Shown piece by piece: positions 47,084 to 59,552 of a stretch of 64,000 bases of DNA. Below the pieces are notes generated by a model. That model was not told the origin of the DNA and did not search any database. It saw only the letters and a list, made by a program, of their open reading frames with translations. Numbering within the stretch: the stretch's first letter is position 1; each line of letters opens with the position of its first letter. The DNA comes from the human T2T-CHM13v2.0 reference genome, Homo sapiens: assembly GCF_009914755.1 (NCBI RefSeq), contig NC_060930.1; one strand, given 5' to 3'. A program made the position numbers and the translations under genes.

Positions 47084-48663
47084 TGGGCAGGAGGCAGGGG
47101 GAACATTAAACATAGCTTTCCTACAAGACATAATCTCATTGCCCCTTTTCTTTTAAAACTCTTAAACTATTTCTGCAAAAACGTCATCTATGTGGACTTT
47201 TCCAGAAATATGTCTTTTACTTAAATTGAAATACACCCTCATACACAACTATTCACAAGTGAAGGAGCAAGGGAAAAATCGCTTTCAAGAGCTTTCCCTG
47301 CTATGATACGGACCGCGTGGACTCGCCCTTGGTGACCTGACGTTAATTCTGACTCTGTGGAGATCTGTCAGACGTGAAATCGGCCCTGTGATGAGCTAAG
47401 GTCTTGCTGTTCCTAATCCTTTTTTCTCAGAAGCAATAATATGTATTTAATTTTAGGCTGTTCAGTAGTTAAGGGCTTCAGTTTTCTATATCTCAAGTAG
47501 ATATACTGGAGAGTTTTTTATTTCTTTGAGAGCAGAGAAAATGATGGGGATGGGGTATTCTCCCGTTCTCTACGATCATCAGCACTTCTACTCATTAGGC
47601 TCGAGTATTTGGGGATGTTAGAGAACCAGGCATGCCACAGTTTCGCCTGACCTACCTCTAACTGCCAGAAATGTACTGACGTTCTTAATAATTGATAGGT
47701 GCAGACCTTTGCGTTCTTAATTAAAGAGCCACTCCGTGGCTGTAGGCCTCTGCCCACAAGATACAGAGTCACATGCTGCCCCCAGGATGCAAGCTGATGC
47801 TTTTATAGTAACTGCAGATGTAATAACAGATTCTAGGTATTTCTTCAGTAACGTATGGAGGCACTGTGTCACATAACTCTCGTTCATGTGAGTAGCGGAA
47901 GATCTCTCTTCCATTTACGCTTCAGATGTTAAGGTAGTAGAATTTGTCACGGTGATAAAACGTGCTTACAAGGCAGGGTTGTGTGAATTGATAAATTTGA
48001 TCCAAAATGTATTGGTCATCCATTTCAATGATTAACAGCATCTCCATTGAAAGATGTTAGTGTAAAATTAATTAAAACCAAGATTTGAAAATAACCTGAT
48101 CGCTCTAGACTGTTTTATTACAATCAAGTATGATGTTCTCTGTTGACCTTTTTAGTTTTAATTGAGTGCTTCTGAATGATACTTGTGATACAGATCATAT
48201 GTTTCTTTGATGGCAGTTTCACACCACAGAAGGTTCTCAGCGCCTTGTAGCTCATTGCTGTCACCACTCCAGGCTGTTGCCTGGGTGCCCGCTGCTGGAA
48301 CCCTGGGATGACCAGGCACAGCTGCAGATGCCTCGAGCTGCTCCAGCCATGAGTGTGGAAACCAACTCGGTGGTCAGGCTTCAACACAGAAATAGCAGAG
48401 AGCCCCTTTCAGTCACAAGAAACATAAGTCACCTAATGCATATCCACACGTTCTCAGCATAAAAATTTAGCATCTTGTTTGACTTACTTTCAGGGAAATT
48501 GTCCACAACCCAAATGGCCTATTACTATTTTATTGAGGTTGCAGAAGAGATCATTTTATCATCTATTGTGGTTTTTGCTATTTTTGATGTTTCCTAATGA
48601 AACTTGCACTTTTCCCCCCAAATTTTGATTTTTTTAAAACTATTTTTTTCCTTTTATGAACAG

Positions 48664-49330
48664 GTTGAAAGGATTGTTGACAAAAGGAAAAATAAAAAAG
48701 GGAAGACAGAGTATTTGGTTCGGTGGAAAGGCTATGACAGCGAGGACGACACTTGGGAGCCGGAACAGCACCTCGTGAACTGTGAGGAATACATCCACGA
48801 CTTCAACAGACGCCACACGGAGAAGCAGAAGGAGAGCACATTGACCAGAACAAACAGGACCTCTCCCAACAATGCTAGGAAACAAATCTCCAGATCCACC
48901 AACAGCAACTTTTCTAAGACCTCTCCTAAGGCACTCGTGATTGGGAAAGACCACGAATCCAAAAACAGCCAGCTGTTTGCTGCCAGCCAGAAGTTCAGGA
49001 AGAACACAGCTCCATCTCTCTCCAGCCGGAAGAACATGGACCTAGCGAAGTCAGGTATCAAGATCCTCGTGCCTAAAAGCCCCGTTAAGAGCAGGACCGC
49101 AGTGGACGGCTTTCAGAGCGAGAGCCCTGAGAAACTGGACCCCGTCGAGCAGGGTCAGGAGGACACAGTGGCACCCGAAGTGGCAGCGGAAAAGCCGGTC
49201 GGAGCTTTATTGGGCCCCGGTGCCGAGAGGGCCAGGATGGGGAGCAGGCCCAGGATACACCCACTAGTGCCTCAGGTGCCCGGCCCTGTGACTGCAGCCA
49301 TGGCCACAGGCTTAGCTGTTAACGGGAAAG
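48664..49330 (+). CDS. CDYL: CDYL (chromodomain Y-like) large internal coding exon, 667 nt, phase 0 to phase 1: chromodomain minus its first residues, plus hinge
   Basis: Acceptor ttttttccttttatgaacag|GTTGAA and donor AAAG|gtgagt. Translation [51 protein letters not shown]...[11 protein letters not shown](G) has the chromodomain signature (YLVRWKGY...TWEPE..L) and matches the human CDYL sequence I recall. The ORF-track ends (48604, 49407) are intronic read-through. Confidence 0.97.
48664..49330 (+). ncRNA. circCDYL: Single-exon circular RNA circCDYL (back-splice 49330 to 48664)
   Basis: Recalled knowledge that this 667-nt CDYL exon yields an abundant circRNA. The sequence shows long flanking introns and inverted flanking Alus. 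Circularisation itself is not visible in DNA. Confidence 0.8.
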
Positions 49331-50361
49331 GTGAGTGTCTAGGGAGCTGCTCAGGCTCCGTGGTGATCCCAGAGGGCTCGGGTCCTTCTCTAGAGATCAG
49401 GCCTTGAGCTGGGCAGAGTCCGGGGCTTCTCACGGCATCTGCTGGAGCCTTGCAGAGATTTCGCCTTCTCCTTTCTTCGCTGGAAGCCTTTGATATTTCT
49501 CTTAATTCGGCAACTAGTTTTTTCTGTGTAATTCGCCATCCACAGACTGTGCTACCACACTGACTTGCTTTAAACAGTATCTCCCTCTAACTAGGTTATT
49601 AGGTGATAAGTTTTTACAGCAAGTTTCTGAAGCTGTCTACCTTTCTTCACCTCTGAAGTGCTGAGTCTTGTCTCGTGTTAAGCGTTTTCTTCTAAGTGTG
49701 GCCAGCATTGATACAGAAGTGCAGGTTCTTATTTTGCTCATCTGTGTGAATACCCAGGAATGCCTTTCAGTGGGAGCGTTGCTAACCCAGCAGAGCCTTT
49801 GGGAGCCGGGCTCGTTTCTCTGTTGTGATCGGCAGTGCAGGTGCCATTGCTTCCCCCGTCAGAGCCCAGTCTGCCTGGCACCGGTGGTGTCCTCTGTTTT
49901 ACTCTCATCCCCAGCCCCGCTCCTGGGTTCTGCAGCTGCCTTGGTTGTGCCATGACCTGTCCATCTCCCAGGACAGCACAACTGGGAGTTCACATGGGTG
50001 GCTTCCTTCTCCTCACTTGCCACACTGTGCCGGCCACAGTTTTCTCTTACGAGGCCTCATGACTTCTCACCTGCTGGAGCTTTCTAATAGGGCTTCCTGC
50101 TTCCTGCCTTCTGACAGCTCCCATCCCTTTTCAGTCATTCTTGGACGAGGGTGGTGTCCACTGGTGCCCCCACCCCATTGCCTTCAGTAGCAGGTGTGCC
50201 CTGTGTGTCTGCGACCTGGCGCTCCGCTGCCCTCTGGCTCGCTCTCTCTGTCAGCACCAGGGCCGCACGTGGTCCCTTCCTCTCCATCTGCTCAGGGGCC
50301 CCCACCACCTGGCCCTCTCCTCTCTCTCCCTTCTGAGTTGTAGTCTTAAAATTGTCTCTTT

Positions 50362-50661
50362 AGCCGGGCGTGGTGGCTCATGCCTGTAGTCTCAACACTT
50401 TGGGAGGCCGAGGAGGGCAGATCGCTTGAGGTCAGGAGTTCGAGACCAGCCTGGCCAACATGGTGAAACCCCGTCTCTACTAAAAATACAAAAATTAGCC
50501 AGGCGCGGTGGCGCGCACCTGTAATCCCGGCTGCTCAGGAGGGTGAGGCACAAGAATCGCTTGAACCCAGGAAGCAGAGGTTGCAGTGAGCCGAGATGGT
50601 GCCATTGCACTCCAGCCAGGGTGACAGAGTGAGACTCCGTCTCCCAAAAAAAAAAAAAAAA
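50362..50661 (+). mobile_element. AluSx-like, nearest Alu downstream of the CDYL exon
   Basis: agccgggcgtggtggctca...gagactccgtctc + A-tail. Confidence 0.94.
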
Positions 50662-51307
50662 GAGACTCCGTCTCTTTACCTGTGTGTGTCTCCTCCAACC
50701 CAAGCTCAGTAGAATAATAGCAAACAAAATACAATGGTGTTGGTTTGTTTGGGGAGCTACTTTCCTCTAAAGCGAAGTGTTCACTAAGACATTCTAACCG
50801 TCCTGCTTTGGTGCATTCAACAGGTTTTCTCCTCGGCCCAGGCCCTTGTGTAGCAAAAAAGTGGAATATGAACTGAAATCTGGGGTCTCCCTTTGACAGG
50901 AAATTGCCATCTTGCCAATGTTTTTCAGATACACACTTGACCCAAACGGTGCCTTTTCCGGCTTCATTGGAGCTTGTGAACTTGTTTGCAGGTTTGACTT
51001 CCTATATTGTTTGACCTCATGGATACAGTTTTCTCTTACTTAGTTGTATGTGAGGGATCAGAGAAGTTCAGAGGTAGAAGGGACTCACTTAATAGCACGC
51101 TCTATTTTGCAGTTAGGGAAGTCGAGTCCAGAGAGAAGATGATGTTCATGGAGAGAACCGAAGCCAGAAGGGGAACCAGAGCGCGTGCCTTAGTGCCTCC
51201 CTGGCGTTCTTCCCAGCATTGCTTGTTGCCTCCTGGACAGATAAGCACCTCCGTCTTCATTGATGACTTGGGGGCCAGGCACGGTGCTGGACTGTAGTGC
51301 TACCAAA

Positions 51308-51720
51308 AAGGACTGATGAGCTATAGTCCGTGGGCTTGGCCCTGCCCTGCTCCTGGTTTTGTATGACCTGCAAGCTCAGAATGGATTTTACATTTCCTGA
51401 TTTTGGAAAAAGAAAAAAATCGGGAGGAATATTTACTAACGTGAAAATATAAGAAATTAAGATTTCTGTGTTCACACATAAAGTTTTCTTGGAACACAGC
51501 TAACCATCCATTACTATGAATGAATGGAGCTATCCATTCATTTACTTCCACCACCAATCCCGGCTAATTTTTGTATTTTTAGTAGAGACAGGGTTTCACC
51601 ACGTTGGCCAGGCTGGTCTCAAACTCCTGACCTCAAGTGATCCACCTGCCTTGGCCTCCCAAAATGCTGGATTACAGGCGTGAGCCACTGCATCTGACCT
51701 ACTTGGCTCTTTACAGAGAG
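51308..51720 (-). mobile_element. MER58B remnant containing a partial AluS (51549-51699, minus strand)
   Basis: ggttttgtatgacctgcaagctcagaatgg...; cggctaatttttgtatttttagtagagacagggtttcacc... Confidence 0.75.
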
Positions 51721-51784
51721 GATACCTGATCTCTGCTCTTAGGAGGCCATAGATCTGTGAGCCCCCTTTTTTGTCCACAAAAGT

Positions 51785-51785
51785 C

Positions 51786-51817
<32 letters not shown>

Positions 51818-52562
51818 ATATACACACGTGTATGTGTGTGTATATATACACACGTACGTGTGTATATATACACATATGTATGTGTGTATATGTGTGTATA
51901 TGTGTATGCATATGTGTATATATACTTATGTGTATATGTGTATGCATATGTGTATACATGTGTGTATGTTTATACATATATGTATGTATGTGTATATATG
52001 TATCTATATACACATGTACATATGGGTATATATGTATCTATATGCACACATATATGTACATGTGTGTATATGTATCTATATGCATATATATGTGCATGTG
52101 TGTATATGTATACACATACATGTACATATGTGTATGTATGTGTATATATGTATACATGAGTATATATGTACATATGTGTATATATGTGTATGTATACATA
52201 TGTGTATGTATATATGCGCATATATACATGTATGTATATATGCGCATATATGCATGTATGTGTATATGCGCATATATGCATGTATGTGTATATGCGCATA
52301 TATGCATGTATGTGTATATGCGCATATATGCATGTATGTGTATATGCGCATATATGCATGTATGTGTATATATGTGCATATGTACATGTATGTATGTGTA
52401 TATATGTGCATATGTACATGTATGTATGTGTATATATGTGCATATGTACATGTATGTATGTGTATATATACGTATATATGCATGTATACATATATACGTA
52501 TATATGTATATATACATGTATACATATATGTGTATATGTGTGTGTGTATATATATACACACA
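51785..52562. repeat. ~780-bp alternating purine-pyrimidine (TG/TA/CA) tract with 26-bp x6 and 32-bp x3 minisatellites
   Basis: TGCGCA at 52215, 52241, 52267, 52293, 52319, 52345; TGTGCA at 52373, 52405, 52437. Confidence 0.97.
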
Positions 52563-54609
52563 TTTTTTGTTTTGAGAACCCTTGATTTTCAAAACTTCGA
52601 GCCGACAAGGTTAAGAGCTCTAGTCCTTAACCCGCACGTCCAGTTTTGGTTGGAGACCACCTCCAATGCGATCTTGCTGGTTCCCTCTCGTGTGTTAGTT
52701 CTTTCAAAATGAACTGCAGCCCTCGCCAGATCCCCATTGCGCTTTCACCACATGTGAAACAATTCGCAACAAGAACCTTCATTCCTTTATATTTCTTATA
52801 TAAGGAAGATAATAATAGCTTCCATTTAAATGAGGATTTAGTGACTTCCTTTCTAAAAAACATCCATCCACACATGTGGCATTGGTTAAACCAAAAGGGA
52901 TGTGTAAGCATAGAATCTTAAATTATTTTACCTTGTTGTGTGGAGTTGGGAGGTTGGGTTGGGAATGACAGTATTTTTCCAAGGCCCTCACCATCATTTT
53001 TCTCTAAAGCTATGATCTCTACCCCTCTCTCACTTCTGCCTGGGCGCTGGTCAGATCAGCCCTGACCCCTGTATACTGCTGAGAATATAATCACTAGTTA
53101 GAGGAAAATAGAAGCTGTTAGGGAGCATTTTTAGGACAGTGGTGAATGACATCCCCTGCGGCCTTGATCTAAATCAGGCTTGCAGATTAACGAGGAGGAA
53201 GTCTTTCTGGAAGAAAAGCAACTGCAAAGCTGGTGGAGCCCCTGACAGCAGGCCTCCTGTGGATTTGGGAGGGTCAGTTCTGTCGCTGCCCTGGTACCTG
53301 TGCAGAGAAGAGCTTTGTTATACTCTGCTAGATCGTAAGCTCCAAGAAAGCATTTTGTTTTTCCAGACTAAATCGAACTGTGCCCAGAATGGTGCCTGCC
53401 GTGTAGTCGGTGCTCTGCAAGTACTTGTGGATGGAGTGATTCCAGTAGAATGGGTGCGCATGGAAGACAAGGGTTGTTGTAAGGAGTCATTTGTGGCCTG
53501 GGTCTTTTGCTCAGAGAGGAGGGAAGGAGAGCAGGAGGGGAGAAATGCTATTGAAATAACAACATATATGGCCAGAAACACAGACATTCCAGAAAGCCCT
53601 CGTTCGCCCTCTGGCACATGCTTCCTGAATGAGGAGAAGCCGCGCTGAAGCTCTGTTAGGCTGTTGGTCCACACTCAGACACTTTTTAAGCCATTGTTTG
53701 TTTTTACTTTCTAGACTAATTTTAGAGCTACGTAAAGAAACTGATTTGTTTTTCTAAAACTAATTGAAGTAGATACTGGTGGAGTCATTGGGAAACGAAC
53801 CATCATTCAAAACATTAATCATATACTGAAGGAATATTTTTGCCACCAAAAACCACAGATATTTGAATATCTGTGAACCCAAAGAATGAATGTTTCTGGA
53901 GTATTTTCACACACACTCACTTTTATAGAATAACCATATATGTGTTTGCTTTTTAATTATTTTAAGTATGACGCAAAGGCTTAAATGAATATATTATTTC
54001 ACTCAGAAATGTGAGAAATTCTAAAATTTAGGTGATGCAGCTAGCTGTCTTCTTTCTCTCTATCAATGTTTAATGGTAATTTCTTGCTCTTTTAATTCCC
54101 TAATGAATTAATCCTACAAAAGAAGTAATTGCTTTTAAAAACTGGATTATCGTAACTTTGTCCTTTCATGGATTCAAACATATAATTCATCATCATTCCA
54201 TAAGTATGAAATTTCAGAAAATGCTATTAGCAAACTTAAAACAAATAGGTGTAAACCTTATCAGTGTTGTGACATAGGGTTGGCTTTTGGATTTCATATT
54301 GAAGCCAACAGACCTAGTAGGAAAATGACTGAAGAAATATTAATACCTTAGCACACCTTGCATTTCATGAGCATTTCAACCAAAGGAAACTCCTAAGAGA
54401 AAGTGTTGAGGAAAACCTGGCTGCTTCTGAGGAGCTGGAGTGTGATTTCCTCTCAGTAAGAATATGAGTAGATGATCCATCTCCCTTTCCTCTGTGATTA
54501 TCAGGGAAGTATAAGAGGCACAGCTGCCCTCTAGGAAGAAGCCCCAGGGCTTTCTAGGGCCTTTTATGATTTAGTCTCAGAAATTAGAACTTAACCCCAG
54601 GGAAGATTA

Positions 54610-55245
<636 letters not shown>

Positions 55246-56225
55246 GGCAGCAGTGCCCAGACCAGCGCCCAGAGGTAGCAGCTATTCCCTGGGGCCACAG
55301 CAGGAAACCTCCACTTGAAAAGAGAAGACATTTGAAGTCAAGTTACAGCAAACAGGCAATTAGAAGTGTGTTTGAGGGTTTGATCAAGAAAGATTTCAGT
55401 TTGAAACCCCACAAATGATTGACATGTCCTGTATAGTGGGTCCATGCTAGAGGCTTCCACATGTGTTATCTTGCTTATTCTTTTCAAGAGCAAACCCACT
55501 TACACAAGGAAAGGGTCCAGAAGCTAGAAATCAAACGAGAGGGGAGTAGTCCTTTGAGACATGCAGATGCACAGCCTCCCTCCTTTCTAAGCATTTAATA
55601 GGTATCCTCAGGCAGAATGATGTGATGCCCAGCAGCAGGTGGGTTCCTCAGTTCCTCAGAGTGAGCATAGTGGTCCGCAAACCTGCGTGTGCTTAAGGAT
55701 TCTAGTGCAGAGTTTCAGGCATAGAGCCCGTAGAGAAGATGCTCTTGTCCAGCTGGAGCCAGTCTGCTTACTCCCAGGAATCTTTAAAAACATGCACACC
55801 ATAATGATTTTATTTTAAAACTTAATAAATCTGCATTATTTTCCAATGATTGATGTCGAACCAAGGCCCTTTCCAAGGGAGTGCTTGCGTTTGCCACTTG
55901 GAAGAGCCAAGGACTTTTGAACATGGATTCATTGCTTGGAGCCCTCTCTTGTGTAAAGCATGCTCGTAATGTATCACTTACTGTTACCACTTTGGATTTC
56001 TTCAAAGTAGAGCAAAACTTAGGTGTACTTAGAAATCTGAGTACAGCCCTAGCCTTTTTGATTTTTCTCATTTTCTCACACCTGGTTTTGACAACAGTTT
56101 TTAGTCTAGAGCCTTTCCAAATCATTCAATGTAGTTTTCTTTGAAACATCAGCTCCCCTTTTGTAATCATCCCCTGTTGTATGTAAAAATGAATTAAATA
56201 TAACAAGTTCAGCTAGCCAAAAAAG

Positions 56226-56783
56226 TGTAAGAGGAAGGAGAGCGTTCCCTCTATCCTCTTAGGTTTGTGGCTGGGGCCTGTGAATTACAGTGGTGAAAGA
56301 CATATTAACAGGAGAAAAGGACATATACATTTAATTGGTGTTTTAAATTTTATGTTCCCAAGAGGTCTCCACACAAAAGAGGAAACCCCAAAGAAGTGGT
56401 TAGGTTTGAGAGCTCATATACCATTTTAACAAAGGATGATAAATTGCGGAGAAGTTCCTAGACAAAAGAAAGTGGGGTTTCTAGGCTTCTTGGGGGTGGT
56501 AAAATGTGGGGAGGTGGATATACGGGGAAACAAATGGAAGACAAAGGCTGTTTAGTAAGGTCTGTTGATGCCGTCTCGGCCCAGTTTCATCTCTCTGGTA
56601 ATGAATTGTTTTCCTTTTCCTGGTACGGGAAAGTGGGAATACCTTTACAGACAGGAATTTAAGCCCTTTCAGGCAGCAATAGAGAGTTCTTTCTGCATCT
56701 GTTGCTTCTCAGTTGCCTTTAGCTAAAAATAATCCGTATTCAAAAGTGGCATATTTTAGAATTGCATATTCTGATTCCCGTCA
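56226..56783 (-). mobile_element. MER34/MER39-family ERV1 solo LTR
   Basis: Minus strand starts TGACGGGAATCAGAATATGCAATTCTAAAATATGCCACTTTTG...AGCTAAAGGCAACTGAGAAGC; TG...CA ends; flanks aaag/gaag. Confidence 0.75.
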
Positions 56784-57777
56784 GAAGTTTAGGGAACGAA
56801 CCCTGCCAGCTCTTCAGCAGCCATATCCCGAGGGGAAGAGTCACGTGTGAGCTGTGTGGAGTCCCGTGACCATCTCACTCTGGATAGGGAACCAAGGTTT
56901 CTCAAGGAGTGTTTTCCTTCTTATTCTGAGAGTCCCTGCTGCAGACTTTGAGAGTTTTTTCCCTGCAAATGAAGTTTATTGATGTCACAGCTCCAGAAAT
57001 GTTAACACACATCCTGTTGTAAACAGAATGTGTAAATGTCATACATTTTTGCACAAGTAATTTAGAAGTACTTTGAGCAAAATATGAGTTCACTGTTACC
57101 TCCCCCTCTGAATACCAAATTCCCCAGAGAGAACATCAGTAGTTTGATGTGTGTCATTTCTATCTTTTTCTATGAATTTATATTCTTTTATATGAGATCA
57201 TACTACGTAATTTGTTCTTAGCATTTGCTCTTTTTATTTAACATCATGTCTTGGAGAACTCTCTATTTTAAGACTCAAATTATTTCTTTTTATGTTTTAA
57301 ACTTTATATAAATATGATTTCAAACTTACAAGTTGCAAGACCAGTACAAGAAATACCCATATAGTATCCCTTACCCAGATTCACCAATTGTTTACATTTT
57401 GCCTCATTTACTTTCCCTCTCCTCTTTCTCCCCCATATATGTTTATACACACATACACATATGCATATACATTTTTTTCCTATTCGAGGATACATTTTAC
57501 ACTATTTGAGAGTTAGTCGGCAACTTGCTATTGTAAACGATAAAACACAAGGCCTGTAATTGATTTAAAATTTTAATAGATGTTGCCAAATTGCTCTCTA
57601 AAAAAGCTGAAAAGATTGTGAGTACATATTTACCTATTCTTAACCAACATTTTAATCTATTTTTCAGTGTCTGGCAGATGAGAAATTGCTATCTCATTGT
57701 TTTAATTTTAAAACAGGAAAACTGTTTTTGCAAGTTAATTGACTGTTTGCATTCATTCTTCTGTTAATTCCGTATAC

Positions 57778-57837
<60 letters not shown>
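57778..57837. repeat. (TG)n(TA)24 microsatellite
   Basis: Uninterrupted TA from 57789 to 57836. Confidence 0.97.
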
Positions 57838-57839
<2 letters not shown>

Positions 57840-59123
57840 TGCCTGTTTTTCTTTTGGGTGGTTTAACTTCCAAAATGTGAACATTTCGTGAATGTACCTG
57901 TCTTTGCCCAGGGACTACACTGATCTTCTCTGCATGTTTGAGCTGTGGCGTGCATGCTTGTAAAGAGAGTGCCTAAAAAGAGGTCCATGATTCAGGGTCC
58001 TCCCCACCCCACTCAGGGGTGAGGTAGGACTATCTAGGCCCTGCCTTAAGGGACTAGAAAACTTCCAATTAATGTGCATTAATTTTATGGTTCCTGCTCA
58101 GTTTTGAATATACCAAAGTATATTTCATTACTTTGGGCTTATATGAAGTACAATTTAAAAGAAATTTAGATTTCTTAGGTCAGATGACATAAAAGGAATA
58201 TTTCTAACTATAGTTCTTGCTCCTTTTGAACTTTAACTGATACAAGGACAAAGGGGGGGAAATCACATTTTCAGATTAAATTTGCTCTTGTCGCTGCATG
58301 TGCTACTAGGAATTAAGCCCTGTTACAAATCCTCCTTGTCTCCTCTATTCCCGTTAGCATTGTTTTTGCTGCAGTCAGGTACTGGCCTTCTGGAATATTC
58401 CTCCAGTGGCATGCTGTACCTTAAGGTTGGGAGCAGCTATATATACACAGGGTACAGGCTCTCTAGCCTCTTCCGAGCATGCTATTCTGGTGCCTTTGTT
58501 CTGTCTTAAGTTCCTCCAACATTCATCTTCCTCTTTCAGAGAATCCTTGTTTTACAGAAGAGGCCGCTTGTGAAAGAGAGTGATTTGATCAAATCACTAG
58601 CAGAATTGGTGGGAAACTAGACTCTACGTTAGAACCTACTCCTGACTTCCATTTAGTTCTTTGTACTGTGTCACACTGATAAGTGAATTTTTTGTAAGCG
58701 TAATTGATTTTATTAAGTACACAGTATTACTCAAGACTTTCGCTTCTGTGTCAAGTGAGTGAAACTGAACCCACAGTGGCTTAAACATACAAGCAAATGA
58801 AATGGCATCTGTTGGCTCATGAAACTGAAATCCAGGCACAGCTGGATCTGTGGCCTGAAGTTACCATCATTCTCATACCCCACCCCACCCCCAGCCTCCA
58901 CTTTTTCAGTCAGGCCATCCTTCCCGCATGGAAGCAAGGTGCCCCCGCAGCTCTGGGCTGCCACCCTGACCTCTCAGCTGACCAGACAGAAAAGGGGCTT
59001 CTCTTCCTCCTACGTTTCAAGGGGTGAGGTCAACTTCATCTAAACTCTGTAACCTAGAAGGAAGGGGATGAGAGGATACCCCAGGGGAAAGCCAGGGCTA
59101 GTAACAATAGAAATGGCAATAGA

Positions 59124-59552
<429 letters not shown>

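Noticed and set aside
48640-49061. Antisense ORFs over the exon
   Set aside because: Shadows of the coding strand; no independent support.
48604-49407. 267-aa single-exon gene or CDY-like retrocopy
   Set aside because: Starts at TTG in the polypyrimidine tract; homology stops exactly at canonical splice sites and the C-terminal domain is absent, so it is an exon.
51435-51440. QKI-type ACUAAC motif as a circularisation signal
   Set aside because: Single hexamer inside a MER58, 2 kb from the exon; expected by chance.
51711-52712. Long ORFs (up to 313 aa) rich in C/V/Y/M/I/H/T on both strands
   Set aside because: Alternating RY sequence cannot contain stop codons (all are YRR); artefact of the repeat.
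53139-53674. 169-aa and 118-aa overlapping ORFs
   Set aside because: No recognisable domain or convincing splice context; lengths compatible with chance.
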